Origin: Anaerolineaceae bacterium
Lineage (GTDB): Bacteria; Chloroflexota; Anaerolineae; Anaerolineales; Villigracilaceae
Assembly (NCBI GenBank): GCA_003598975.1
Contig: QZIJ01000131.1
Coordinates: 23,360 to 87,359 of the forward strand
Reading direction: 5' to 3'
DNA length: 64,000 nucleotides
The translations under genes were made by a program, and so were the position numbers. Shown here piece after piece: positions 48,949 through 58,073 of this stretch (within the stretch, counting starts at the first letter, position 1; the number at the start of each line of letters is the position of its first letter). Under the pieces are notes generated by a model. The model did not search any database, had not been told where the DNA came from, and worked only from the letters and a program-made list of their open reading frames with translations.

Positions 48949-49803
48949 TTACCAATCGTTCGTTTTTTCGTAGCCGAGTCTCACCAGTAAATCCCCCGCC
49001 ACTTCCTTGAACAATTTTTTGTGCTCGTCCGAAAAATATTCGCGCCACCCGCCCGTCTTGCCCGAGCGGAAGGTGTGACTCTTCTTCGGCTGGATCGCGT
49101 CCACGAGAACAGACAGGGCTTGCGCGCGCGGCGTGGGGATGCGGTAACCCGTCTTCTCCACTTCATCGAGCATGGACGCGAGCGTAACGTCGCGATCGTT
49201 CACCAGGTCTTCGAAGCGGATGCACATCACGTTTTTCTGCGCCAGCCATTGGAACACGCCCTCATATCTCTGCCTGACGCTGACCATGTACAATCCGTCG
49301 CGGTCTACGCCGGTGATGGCGACTTTGAGTCGCTCGCCGAAATCGGGTAGCGTGTTGTAGAAGTCGTGCATGCTGTGCTCTTCGTGCATGTCGGTCGCGA
49401 AGAAGACCTGTGAGACGAGCAGGTCGCGCGGGTCGCGGTAAATGAAATAGTTGACGCGCCCGCTCTGAGTCAGGAAGGAGGCGTTCTCGGGGGTGGCGTC
49501 CACGTATCCCCAGCCGATGACACCCGAGGGGAGAGTCCGAAGGTCGGACAAAACACGGTCCGCCGCTCTCCGTCCACCGTCTTTGTTGACCGTCCGAATT
49601 GGATTGGCTTCCACGTAACGATAGGGCATGATGTGCGTGAAGCCGTTGAGGACCTGCAACAGCAAATGCGATCCGCTCTTCGGTTTGGCGTTTCCGAAAA
49701 TGGGCGGCGCGTCGTTAAAAGTGAATCGCTTCCAACGCGCGATGGCTTGCGCGGTTTTTCCAAGAGGGCGGAGTGTGCGGCGAATGGTCTGCGAAACAGT
49801 CAT
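48949..49803 (-). CDS. PAPS-dependent sulfotransferase (paralog of 23112-23966)
   Basis: PKSGSH, RDPRD, FRSGKTG.W, same C-terminus LGYEKTNDW. Confidence 0.88.
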   Translation of the reverse strand: MTVSQTIRRTLRPLGKTAQAIARWKRFTFNDAPPIFGNAKPKSGSHLLLQVLNGFTHIMPYRYVEANPIRTVNKDGGRRAADRVLSDLRTLPSGVIGWGYVDATPENASFLTQSGRVNYFIYRDPRDLLVSQVFFATDMHEEHSMHDFYNTLPDFGERLKVAITGVDRDGLYMVSVRQRYEGVFQWLAQKNVMCIRFEDLVNDRDVTLASMLDEVEKTGYRIPTPRAQALSVLVDAIQPKKSHTFRSGKTGGWREYFSDEHKKLFKEVAGDLLVRLGYEKTNDW

Positions 49804-49814
49804 GTCCTAAATTT

Positions 49815-49866
49815 ACCACAAAGGGACACAAAGAATCCTTCGTGTCCCTTTGTGTCCTTCGTAGTA
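49815..49866. repeat. CACAAAG/CTTTGTG palindromic repeat
   Basis: ACCACAAAGGGACACAAAG...CTTCGTGTCCCTTTGTG. Confidence 0.65.
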
Positions 49867-49871
49867 AAAAA

Positions 49872-50753
49872 TTATTCATCGTTGACGCGGCGGAGTTTTT
49901 TCAGCGATGACTTCTCGCTGTCGTAGACGCGCTTCACGCCATCGCCCAACGCGGCCTCAGTGACACGGATGTATTTGACGAGGCGTTCGAAGCCGCCAGG
50001 TTCTACGGACGCGGCCTGGTCACTGCCCCACATGGCGCGGTCGAGCGTGAGATGACGCTCCACCATGCAGGCGCCGAGCGAGACGGCCACCGCCGAGGGG
50101 ACGAGTCCCACTTCGTGTCCAGAATATCCAATCGGGTTGTTCGGAAATTCTTTGCGAAGCGTTTCGATCATTTTAAGATTCAACTCTTCAGGCTCGCACG
50201 GGTACGTGCTGGTGCAGTGCATGATGACGAGGTCCTCATCGCCCACAGCTTTCGCGCCTTTGTGGATCTGCTCCATGGTGGACATGCCCGTGGAGATGAT
50301 GATCGGCTTGCCCGTCTTGCGCGCGTACTTGAGCAGCGCGTGATCGGTGAGCGATGCGGACGGCACTTTGTAGGCGGGCGTGTCGAACTGCTCCATGAAA
50401 TCCACGGCGGGTTCATCCCACACAGAGACCATCCAGGCAATGCCCTTCTCTTTGCAGTGACGGTCAATCTCGCGGTATTGCGCCTCGTCGAACTCGACCT
50501 TGTAGCGATACTCGATGTAGGGGATGTAGCCCCACGGCGTCTCGCGCATTTGACTCTTCTGCGCCTCGGGCGTGGACACATCAGGCGTTCGCTTCTGGAA
50601 CTTGACCGCGTCCGCGCCCGCGTGCACCGCGGCGTTGATCATCTCTTTGGCGATGTTCAAGTCGCCGTTGTGGTTGATCCCGATCTCCGCGATGACGTAG
50701 ACAGGATGCCCGTCACCGACCATTCGATTTCCGAGTTTAATTTCTCGTGCCAT
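49872..50753 (-). CDS. neuB: Nonulosonic acid (Neu/KDN-type) synthase, short form without SAF domain
   Basis: IAEIGINHNG, VKFQ, STGM, HCTSTYP, GYSGHE, ERH.TLD. Confidence 0.88.
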   Translation of the reverse strand: MAREIKLGNRMVGDGHPVYVIAEIGINHNGDLNIAKEMINAAVHAGADAVKFQKRTPDVSTPEAQKSQMRETPWGYIPYIEYRYKVEFDEAQYREIDRHCKEKGIAWMVSVWDEPAVDFMEQFDTPAYKVPSASLTDHALLKYARKTGKPIIISTGMSTMEQIHKGAKAVGDEDLVIMHCTSTYPCEPEELNLKMIETLRKEFPNNPIGYSGHEVGLVPSAVAVSLGACMVERHLTLDRAMWGSDQAASVEPGGFERLVKYIRVTEAALGDGVKRVYDSEKSSLKKLRRVNDE

Positions 50754-51138
50754 GTTTTTTCCTTTGCAGATATATTGTCTGATATATTGCCATCTTTGAC
50801 CTCTCATTTTGGTGCTTCCGCAGCATAGTACTGAATAACAAAAAGAACATAGATAAAGTAAACACCCCCAAGCTCATAATAACTGTTCCGTTTGTATCCA
50901 TGTAAGATCCAAGCAGGAGTGTGAAAGCTCCAATCAGGTTTAAGACAATTACAAGCCCCGCAAAGAAATATGACCCTAATGTAGAAAGTTGAAAGTAATT
51001 AAGCATCTCAACTTCTTCCTGATGATTCTTACACGCAATACCATATTCCAAATTAACAGCACATTCTATGCACAAACCTTTTTGGCAGTATTTGCAAATG
51101 CCAACAGCGGGAACGTCAAGGTGATTGAAGCAATTCAT
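50737..51138 (-). CDS. AT-rich hypothetical: B-box-like Zn finger plus 2 TM
   Basis: MNCFNH...AVGICKYCQKGLCIEC; AAGGAG RBS. Confidence 0.65.
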   Translation of the reverse strand: MNCFNHLDVPAVGICKYCQKGLCIECAVNLEYGIACKNHQEEVEMLNYFQLSTLGSYFFAGLVIVLNLIGAFTLLLGSYMDTNGTVIMSLGVFTLSMFFLLFSTMLRKHQNERSKMAIYQTIYLQRKKHGTRN

Positions 51139-51151
51139 TCGAGACTCCTTC

Positions 51152-52378
51152 CTATTTTGCAACCAAGTTTTTCAAAACTAACTCACACACTTCACGCACC
51201 GCGCCGTGACCGCCCGCGCGGGACAGCACATGATCGGCGGCTTGCAGAACTTCGGGGTACGCATCCGAGACCGCCACCGCCCAGCCAGCAATTTCAAAAC
51301 ACGGCAGGTCGTTCAAATCGTTGCCGATATATACCACATTGGCCGCGTCCACTTTCTTTTTGGCCAGCAACTTTTTCAGCGCCTCGCCCTTGCCGCGGAT
51401 GTCTATCCCGTGGATGGCTTCCACGCCCATCTTTTCGGCTCGCGCTCGGACAACTGGATTTGGCTCCGACGACAGGATTATTACTTCGACGCCGCGCTCG
51501 CGCAAAGTGCGGATGTGCATCGAATCGGACCGTGAAGCGACCACCGTTTCGAGTCCCTCCTCGCTCGTCCAGACGCGGTTGTCGGTGATGACGCCGTCGA
51601 AGTCGGAGACGATCATCTTGACGTTCGCGGGCATCGGACGGCGGGCGCGTCCCGCCCAAACCATGTCCAGTCCGCCCGTGGCGACGAGATGCTCGTAGCG
51701 CGCCCAGTCTTGCAGGTTGTCAATGTCCACGGTGAAGACCGAGTCGATGATGAGCGGATAAATATTTTTCCCGCTCATCGAGCCATTGAGAATAGTCGCG
51801 GCGCGGATCGCGTCAATGTGACCCGCCTGCCAGTAGACAGGTGGAAGGATCTGCCGCGGCGCGTTGTACGGTTCGTCAATGCCTTCCACGTCGAGCAGGT
51901 TTTTCATCGGGCTGTTTTCATCGGTGAGACGCCACATCTTGTGCGGATTCTGTCCCGCCGAGACGACGCCGCGCACGCTATCCGCGTCGGGATGCGCCAG
52001 CAGAATTTCGATGGCCTTGTCCACCAGCCCGCGCGGGCGGATGGGCGAGGTTGGGCGCAACTGCACGACCACATCGGGACGATAGCCTTCGTTTTCGTCC
52101 AGCCATTTCAGCGCGTGGACGAAAACGGGCAAGTCGGTGGTGTTATCTTGCGCGTGTTCGGCGGGACGCAGGAACGGCGTCTCCGCGCCGAACTGACGCG
52201 CGACTGCCGCGATCTCCTCATCATCTGTTGAGACAATGACGCGCGTCACGGACGCGGCCTGTTTCGCCGCGGCAATGCTCCACGCAATGAGCGGATAACC
52301 CGCGAAGTTGCGGATATTCTTGCGCGGGATGCCTTTCGAGCCTCCACGCGCGGGGATGAGGGCTAATACTTCTGTCAT
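51152..52378 (-). CDS. neuA: Acylneuraminate cytidylyltransferase fused to a KdsC-type HAD phosphatase
   Basis: IPARGGSKGIPRKN, STD, PTSP; C-terminal DFDGVITD, GND.ND, GG.GAVRE. Confidence 0.9.
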   Translation of the reverse strand: MTEVLALIPARGGSKGIPRKNIRNFAGYPLIAWSIAAAKQAASVTRVIVSTDDEEIAAVARQFGAETPFLRPAEHAQDNTTDLPVFVHALKWLDENEGYRPDVVVQLRPTSPIRPRGLVDKAIEILLAHPDADSVRGVVSAGQNPHKMWRLTDENSPMKNLLDVEGIDEPYNAPRQILPPVYWQAGHIDAIRAATILNGSMSGKNIYPLIIDSVFTVDIDNLQDWARYEHLVATGGLDMVWAGRARRPMPANVKMIVSDFDGVITDNRVWTSEEGLETVVASRSDSMHIRTLRERGVEVIILSSEPNPVVRARAEKMGVEAIHGIDIRGKGEALKKLLAKKKVDAANVVYIGNDLNDLPCFEIAGWAVAVSDAYPEVLQAADHVLSRAGGHGAVREVCELVLKNLVAK

Positions 52379-52454
52379 AAGTTCTGGTAGACAGGTAACG
52401 GATTAGTTTCTGGCTGTTTTGTATTCATTCTTAGGCGCGTATTCCTCTAGAATC

Positions 52455-53513
52455 TCAGGGAGCAAGAAGTCCTTGTAAATCTCGTTGAATTGCCAACATA
52501 TACTCAGTTGCTTTGTCTGGTGGGAAGTACTTGTTTAGAATATTTTGAGCGTCACTTTGTTGTCCTGCCAGCAGATAGTAGGCTGCAAGTCTGTAGACTG
52601 CATTTACTGCTATCCGATAATCCCAATTTTTCGTTGCATACTGCCAATATTTGTTTTCAGAGTCTGTATCAGTGGCAAAATAAAAGGGGATGCTTGGATT
52701 ATGTTCTGTGAATTGATTGAGAAAATCCAAACCTTCATTGATATTGGCAGAAAGCATTTCTTTGAATTTGTAAGTTGCAAGAACATAACCTGATTTATTA
52801 GGTTGATACTCGTAAACAATTGTTGGCCAAACTTCACAATATGCACAAAACCCCGACCAAACTCTATGCACTGCTACATATTCATAAGTTCCATCCCCGT
52901 TTAGGTCGGTAAAGTTTCCGACCCAATGGCTTCCAATATCCATGATCTTTATTAGTTCATCGCCAGCCTCATAAACAATAGTACTTACGCAGCAATTCCC
53001 GCCACCCCAAGCAATAATGACGATATCGGGCTTTCCTCTTCCGGTTAAATCAACCCCAGTCTCTTTTCTTAAGTAAGCGGGGTAACCCATAATTTCAATT
53101 TGTTTGTTGCCATTCGATGAAATTGTGACAGAGCAAGGTGACATAATTTCAAATTGTGGGTCAATGTTACACCATTTTCTCAATACATATTTGCCCACAT
53201 ATAATTCATGGAAAGTAGAATCTTGTCTCTGAGCAATAGGAGTTAATGGCAAACAATCTATGTGTGGAACGCATGTGGGCCATACTACAATTTCAGGAGT
53301 TGGATAACCGTAAAGGGTTTCAGGAGTTGGCGTATACCAAGGGGTTGGAGTTATTGTTGAAGTGCTATCTAAGATTGGAAATGGCGTATACGTTGGCCAA
53401 GGAGTATAGGTAGGCGCAATCTGAGGCGGTTCCGCGACTTTGCCCGCGATAAATCCCAGCAGAATCACTGCAATCAGAGCCAAAAGAATTAAGAAGCTAT
53501 TTGCTTTTTGCAT
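52455..53513 (-). CDS. AT-rich secreted/membrane-anchored hypothetical protein with PT linker
   Basis: N-terminal hydrophobic helix, PTYTP repeats, DLTG.GKPD and DLNGDG motifs, GGGNCC; AAGGAGG RBS. Confidence 0.7.
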   Translation of the reverse strand: MQKANSFLILLALIAVILLGFIAGKVAEPPQIAPTYTPWPTYTPFPILDSTSTITPTPWYTPTPETLYGYPTPEIVVWPTCVPHIDCLPLTPIAQRQDSTFHELYVGKYVLRKWCNIDPQFEIMSPCSVTISSNGNKQIEIMGYPAYLRKETGVDLTGRGKPDIVIIAWGGGNCCVSTIVYEAGDELIKIMDIGSHWVGNFTDLNGDGTYEYVAVHRVWSGFCAYCEVWPTIVYEYQPNKSGYVLATYKFKEMLSANINEGLDFLNQFTEHNPSIPFYFATDTDSENKYWQYATKNWDYRIAVNAVYRLAAYYLLAGQQSDAQNILNKYFPPDKATEYMLAIQRDLQGLLAP

Positions 53514-53537
53514 TTCGTCCTCCTTAAAAGCAAACGG

Positions 53538-53619
53538 ATTTACATGTAAACAAGTTCCACGCGCACCCCTCCAACTTATTTACCTGTCTACGTGTGTACT
53601 TGCGTACGTGTCTACCTAC
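53538..53619. repeat. 8-mer tandem array (GTAnACAn family)
   Basis: TTTACCTGTCTACGTGTGTACTTGCGTACGTGTCTACC; same family as 20667-20764. Confidence 0.6.
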
Positions 53620-54443
53620 CACGCCGTCCACCCGCCGTCCACAACAACATTATTCCCCGTCATGTACGAAGACGCGTCCGAAGCGAGGAACAGCAGCGCG
53701 CCGTTCATCTCGTCTTTCTTCGCCATGCGACCGAGGATGGTTTTGGCGGAATAATTGGTGACGAAATATTCTTCGTGGTTGTTGAACACACCGCCTGGAG
53801 TCAACGCGTTGACGCGGATCTCCGTCCCCGCGTAATAGGCGGCGAGATATTTGGTGAAACCCATCACGCCCGCTTTTGTGACAGTGTAGTAGACGGGCTT
53901 GAACGCGACGCGCTTTCCGTCTTTTATGTAAATCCGCTGGTCGGGACCGTTCAACCCGTAGGTGGAACAGATGTTGATGATACTTCCCTTTTTGCCCTGT
54001 GCGATCATTTGCTTGACGCAGGCCTGCGTGACGAGGAAAGTTCCCGTCAGGTTGACGTTCAGCGCCGCGTTCCACTGTTCGAGCGGATAGTCCTCGAACG
54101 CGCCTGGCGCGATTCCCTTCGCGGCCGCGTCGGGATCGAACTTCGGATCGAGGGCCGCGGAGTTGACGAGGATGTCCACCCGCCCAAACGTCAAGACGAC
54201 CGATGCGACCATTGCATCCACCGAGTCGGGGCTGGTGATGTCGGTGGCGATTCCGAGCGCGCGGTAGCCCGCGGCAATCAGGTCGTCGGCGACTTTTTTG
54301 GCCGCGTCCGCGTTCAGGTCAACAACCGCAACGGACGCGCCCGCTTCTGCCAGCGTGCGGCAAAATTCCTTGCCGAGCAATCCCACACCGCCAGTGACGA
54401 TGGCGACGCGATCGCTCAAATCGAATTTTTCTTGGATGGTCAT
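53616..54443 (-). CDS. SDR oxidoreductase (PtmA-like type found in nonulosonate loci)
   Basis: TGGVGLLG, PDQRIY, Y.VTK, NALTPGGV, TG.N.VVDGGW. Confidence 0.85.
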   Translation of the reverse strand: MTIQEKFDLSDRVAIVTGGVGLLGKEFCRTLAEAGASVAVVDLNADAAKKVADDLIAAGYRALGIATDITSPDSVDAMVASVVLTFGRVDILVNSAALDPKFDPDAAAKGIAPGAFEDYPLEQWNAALNVNLTGTFLVTQACVKQMIAQGKKGSIINICSTYGLNGPDQRIYIKDGKRVAFKPVYYTVTKAGVMGFTKYLAAYYAGTEIRVNALTPGGVFNNHEEYFVTNYSAKTILGRMAKKDEMNGALLFLASDASSYMTGNNVVVDGGWTAW

Positions 54444-54459
54444 ATACACTCCACGTTCT

Positions 54460-54559
54460 CGTCATTGCGAGACGGTGTTCTCACGAAGTGGTCGAAGCAA
54501 TCTCCTCCACGGCGCGGGGATTGCCTCGATGCTCACTCCGTTCGCTACTCGCAATGACG
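54460..54559. repeat. GTCATTGCGAG...CTCGCAATGAC palindrome without a nested GGTCGAGTAG unit
   Basis: GTCATTGCGAG..CGAAGCAATC..GATTGCCTCG..CTCGCAATGAC. Confidence 0.8.
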
Positions 54560-54566
54560 GACACAA

Positions 54567-56117
54567 CTATGGTGGCGGCGCGTAGTAAACCGCGTCACCG
54601 CCAGATTTCATGATGAGATACAGGCCGTCGGTCAACAGCGCAATGTCATTCGCGTCTTTAACGTCCACATCGAACAGCGCCAAAATGGCATTGCCCGAAA
54701 GTACATCGTTGTGGACGATCTCCACACCCGCGTCAAAATTATCCCAGGCGAGACCCGTGACTGGATCAACTCGCTGTGGCAACACACGGCAGCCGCGTCC
54801 CGTGTAGAGATAGACCGCGCCTGGCTCGTTGGTGTAGATGGCGAGGCCGTCCAGCGTGGCGAGATAATCCATCACTTCCGAATCGTACCACTTGAACGAC
54901 GCGAATCCCGTCCCGCCTTTGGACAACTCCGTCACGGTTCGCGCCTGACCGAGGGCGGATATGCTAAAGATGAGCGCTGCCAACCCGACCACGATTGCCT
55001 GCCCCACACGCGGCCGGCGATTCCAAACCCACCCCCCCGCATTGACGAGCAGCAGCAGCAACGGCAAATAAACAGGCGCGAGGATTCTCACTTTCAGCGG
55101 CGTGCTGGCGTCGAAGAGGCTGATCGAGAACAGCACCGAGGCGAGATAGCCGAAAATGTACAAGCCATTGGTGAACCCGACCACCTCGGGCATGGGTGTG
55201 GATGGTTTGAAGAATCGTTGAAGTCCATTGACCAGAATCCATAAAAGAATTGCCAGCAAAATTACAACAATAATCCAGATAAAAATCTCTGGCATTTTGA
55301 ACAACTCACGCCGCCATTCTTCAATTGGGATCAAAAACTCGGAGAATGTGCGAAGTCCCTGCTCCAGCGTTTCAGGCGTGACCGGATGCCAGACCATCGT
55401 GCGGTTGGTGGCGTTCCCTGCCACGAGCCGGTTGCGGATACTCCACGCAATAACGAGGGGCATGAAACTTGCCAGGAAGATGGCAACGCTGGCGATTCGT
55501 TTTTTCCACGTGTCGTTCAGGAGGATGAGTGCAACCACAAACGTGGCGACGAGTGCGAGGCCAGAATAACGCGTCAGATAGGCGAGGGAGGTGAGAATGC
55601 CAGCCGCAATTAACCAAATAGGTTTGTTCGTTTCAAAATAAAAAGCAAAAACCAAAAAGGCGATCAGGCTGAAAAACAAAAACAACGGCTCGCTCATCGC
55701 CACCGCGTGGACGCGCAAGAGCGAATCGTTGGCGACGAACAACGCGGCCAGAATAATTCCCGCCACGGACGATTTTGTCATGCGCCAGCCGAGCAACCCC
55801 AGCAACGCCGCGTTGACTCCGAACAGCAGCGTGTTAAGCAGGCGTGCGCCATTAATGGGGTCGGCGCCCGTTATGCCAATGAATGCCAGTGTTCCAGAAA
55901 ACGCGGGAGGAAAGTGGGTGACGGGTTTATTCGTCTCGAGCCAGGCTGCGCGATAGCCCTCTCCCGCCAAGAGACTGCGCGCACCAGCAATGTACGCAAC
56001 GGAATCGTCGGAGAGTCCGAGGCCGTCGGGAGTCGCTTTGAAGATGAGAAGCGCCCCGAGGATGGCGATCAGGCCCAACGTCAAGTATGAAGCGAGTGAG
56101 GAGCGACGGGAGGTCAT
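54567..56117 (-). CDS. GT-C fold (GT39/ArnT-like) lipid-carrier-dependent glycosyltransferase
   Basis: DDSVAY...ARSL, HFPP, MSEPLF, LTRY.G; many TM helices. Confidence 0.8.
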   Translation of the reverse strand: MTSRRSSLASYLTLGLIAILGALLIFKATPDGLGLSDDSVAYIAGARSLLAGEGYRAAWLETNKPVTHFPPAFSGTLAFIGITGADPINGARLLNTLLFGVNAALLGLLGWRMTKSSVAGIILAALFVANDSLLRVHAVAMSEPLFLFFSLIAFLVFAFYFETNKPIWLIAAGILTSLAYLTRYSGLALVATFVVALILLNDTWKKRIASVAIFLASFMPLVIAWSIRNRLVAGNATNRTMVWHPVTPETLEQGLRTFSEFLIPIEEWRRELFKMPEIFIWIIVVILLAILLWILVNGLQRFFKPSTPMPEVVGFTNGLYIFGYLASVLFSISLFDASTPLKVRILAPVYLPLLLLLVNAGGWVWNRRPRVGQAIVVGLAALIFSISALGQARTVTELSKGGTGFASFKWYDSEVMDYLATLDGLAIYTNEPGAVYLYTGRGCRVLPQRVDPVTGLAWDNFDAGVEIVHNDVLSGNAILALFDVDVKDANDIALLTDGLYLIMKSGGDAVYYAPPP

Positions 56118-56123
56118 AAGAAA

Positions 56124-56198
56124 AACACAAAGGCACTAAGGCACAAAGTCACCAAGTTTTTCATCTTTGTGTCTTCGCGCCTTTGTGCCTTCGTGTTC
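56124..56198. repeat. CACAAAG/CTTTGTG palindromic repeat
   Basis: AACACAAAGGCACTAAGGCACAAAGTCACCAAG...CTTTGTGTCTTCGCGCCTTTGTGCCTTCGTGTT. Confidence 0.7.
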
Positions 56199-56206
56199 AA
56201 GTCACA

Positions 56207-57931
56207 TTACTGCGGCAAGATGTAGCCCTGCTTTTCGAGATAGGCCACGATCTTGCGGGCGTTGTCTTCGGGCGAGGCGCCGTAGCCCTGGATGGTGATC
56301 TCGGGTTCGATCGGCGGCTCGTACGGATCGTCGACGCCGGTGAAGCCCATCGGCTTGCCGTCGGTCATGGCCTGACGCGCTTTAGCGTAGAGGCCCTTCA
56401 CGTCGCGTTGTTCGCAGACTTCGACGGGCGTGTCCATGTAGACTTCCACGAAATTCTCGCCGACCATCTTGCGGGCTTCGGCGCGCGTGGCGCGGTACGG
56501 ACTGATGGCCGCGCAGATGACGGTGCCGCCCGCGTGCGCGATCTCGCCCGCGACAAATCCGATGCGGATGATGTTGGTGTCGCGGTCTTCCTTGCTGAAG
56601 CCGAGACCTTTGGAAAGATGCGTGCGGACCACGTCGCCGTCGAGGATGGCAACTTCGCGTCCACGCTCAAGAAGAAGCGATGTGACCACTTGCGCTGTCG
56701 CGGATTTTCCCGAACCGCTCAAGCCGGTGAACCAAATGCAGAAGCCCTGCTTGTGCCGCGGCGGATACATCTCGCGCAGAATCTCGGCGGTCTCGGGACG
56801 GGTGAACCACTCAGGGAGCAGTTTGCCCTTGGCGAGATATTCGTCGCGCACCTGCGTGCCGGAGATGTTGAGGGTCTTGGCGCCCTTCGGCACATCCTTC
56901 TCTTCCACATAGCGGTCTTCGTCGGGGAGGTAGACGAGCATCTCGAAGGGAATCATCTTGACGCCCAACTCGGCCTCGTACTTGGTCATCACTTCCTGCG
57001 CGTCATACGGACCGTAGAACGGCTTGCCCGTGGAATCATTGCCGGGTCCCGCGTGGTCGCGGCCAACGATGAAGTGGTTCACGCCGTGGTTGCGTCGGAT
57101 GATGGCGTGGAGCAACGCTTCCTTCGGTCCCGCCATGCGCATTGCCAACGGGAGCAGGCTGAGCAGGGTGCTCTTCTTATCGTAGTAGTTATCTACCAGC
57201 GCCTTGTACGTGCGGACGCGGGTGTAGTGGTCCACGTCGCCTGGCTTGGTCATGCCGACAACGGGATGGACGAGTAGCGAGCCTTTCACCTGCGCGGCGG
57301 CGCGCTTGGTCAGTTCTTCGTGGATGCGATGGAGCGGGTTGCGCGTCTGGAATGCGACCACGTTGTCGTGTCCCATTTCTTCCAGCAGGGCGCGCACTTC
57401 GGCAGGAGTCTGGCGCAGATTGACGAAGTCATAATACTTCGGCATGTTGACGACCTTCATCGGGCCGCTGATGCAGACCTTGTTCCAGCGCGCCATCTCG
57501 GAGACCATCGGGTGCTTCGGGTCGGTGGAACCGTAGGCCAGCGCGGCTTCGGTATCCGCGTCCCAGTGGAAGACCTCGTCCAGTTGCATGATGGCGATGG
57601 TGTCGTTGTTGGCGTTGCGCAACACGATCTCCTCGCCAACGGCGGGCAGTTCCTTCGGGTCCGCTGTCAGCGTGATGGGAAGCGGGAAGAGCGTCCCATC
57701 GGCGAGGCGCATTTCGTGCAGGACGCGCTCGTAGTCGGCCTTGCCCATGAACGTGGTCAGGGGCGAGAATCCGCCCGAAGCGATCAACTCCAGGTCGCAC
57801 AAGTTGCGCATGGTGATCTTGATCGAGGGCAGGGAGGAGGTGCGGGCGAGGAGTTCCTCGCGCTCTTTCCCTTCGACGACCAGGTTCACCAGTTTGCCGC
57901 CGTAGGGAGGGATCAGTTTTGCTTTTGCCAT
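56207..57931 (-). CDS. sat: Bifunctional sulfate adenylyltransferase / adenylylsulfate kinase (PAPS synthase)
   Basis: AFQTRNPLH, VGRDHAG; APS kinase GLSGSGKS, LDGD, DVKGLY, FTGVDDPYE. Confidence 0.95.
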   Translation of the reverse strand: MAKAKLIPPYGGKLVNLVVEGKEREELLARTSSLPSIKITMRNLCDLELIASGGFSPLTTFMGKADYERVLHEMRLADGTLFPLPITLTADPKELPAVGEEIVLRNANNDTIAIMQLDEVFHWDADTEAALAYGSTDPKHPMVSEMARWNKVCISGPMKVVNMPKYYDFVNLRQTPAEVRALLEEMGHDNVVAFQTRNPLHRIHEELTKRAAAQVKGSLLVHPVVGMTKPGDVDHYTRVRTYKALVDNYYDKKSTLLSLLPLAMRMAGPKEALLHAIIRRNHGVNHFIVGRDHAGPGNDSTGKPFYGPYDAQEVMTKYEAELGVKMIPFEMLVYLPDEDRYVEEKDVPKGAKTLNISGTQVRDEYLAKGKLLPEWFTRPETAEILREMYPPRHKQGFCIWFTGLSGSGKSATAQVVTSLLLERGREVAILDGDVVRTHLSKGLGFSKEDRDTNIIRIGFVAGEIAHAGGTVICAAISPYRATRAEARKMVGENFVEVYMDTPVEVCEQRDVKGLYAKARQAMTDGKPMGFTGVDDPYEPPIEPEITIQGYGASPEDNARKIVAYLEKQGYILPQ

Positions 57932-57955
57932 GATTGTGTTTCTCCGTGATTTATT

Positions 57956-58016
57956 CGTTGGGGCACAGCAGTGGGTCTCCCGTCAAAATCCGTTCGGGTA
58001 ACGCTGTGCCCCTACG
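57956..58016. repeat. REP-like inverted pair
   Basis: CGTTGGGGCACAGC ... GCTGTGCCCCTACG. Confidence 0.65.
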
Positions 58017-58073
58017 TGGTTTTCAAATGCCCGCAAATTATACTTCAAAATTCAGTTAATGAATTTTGGATTT

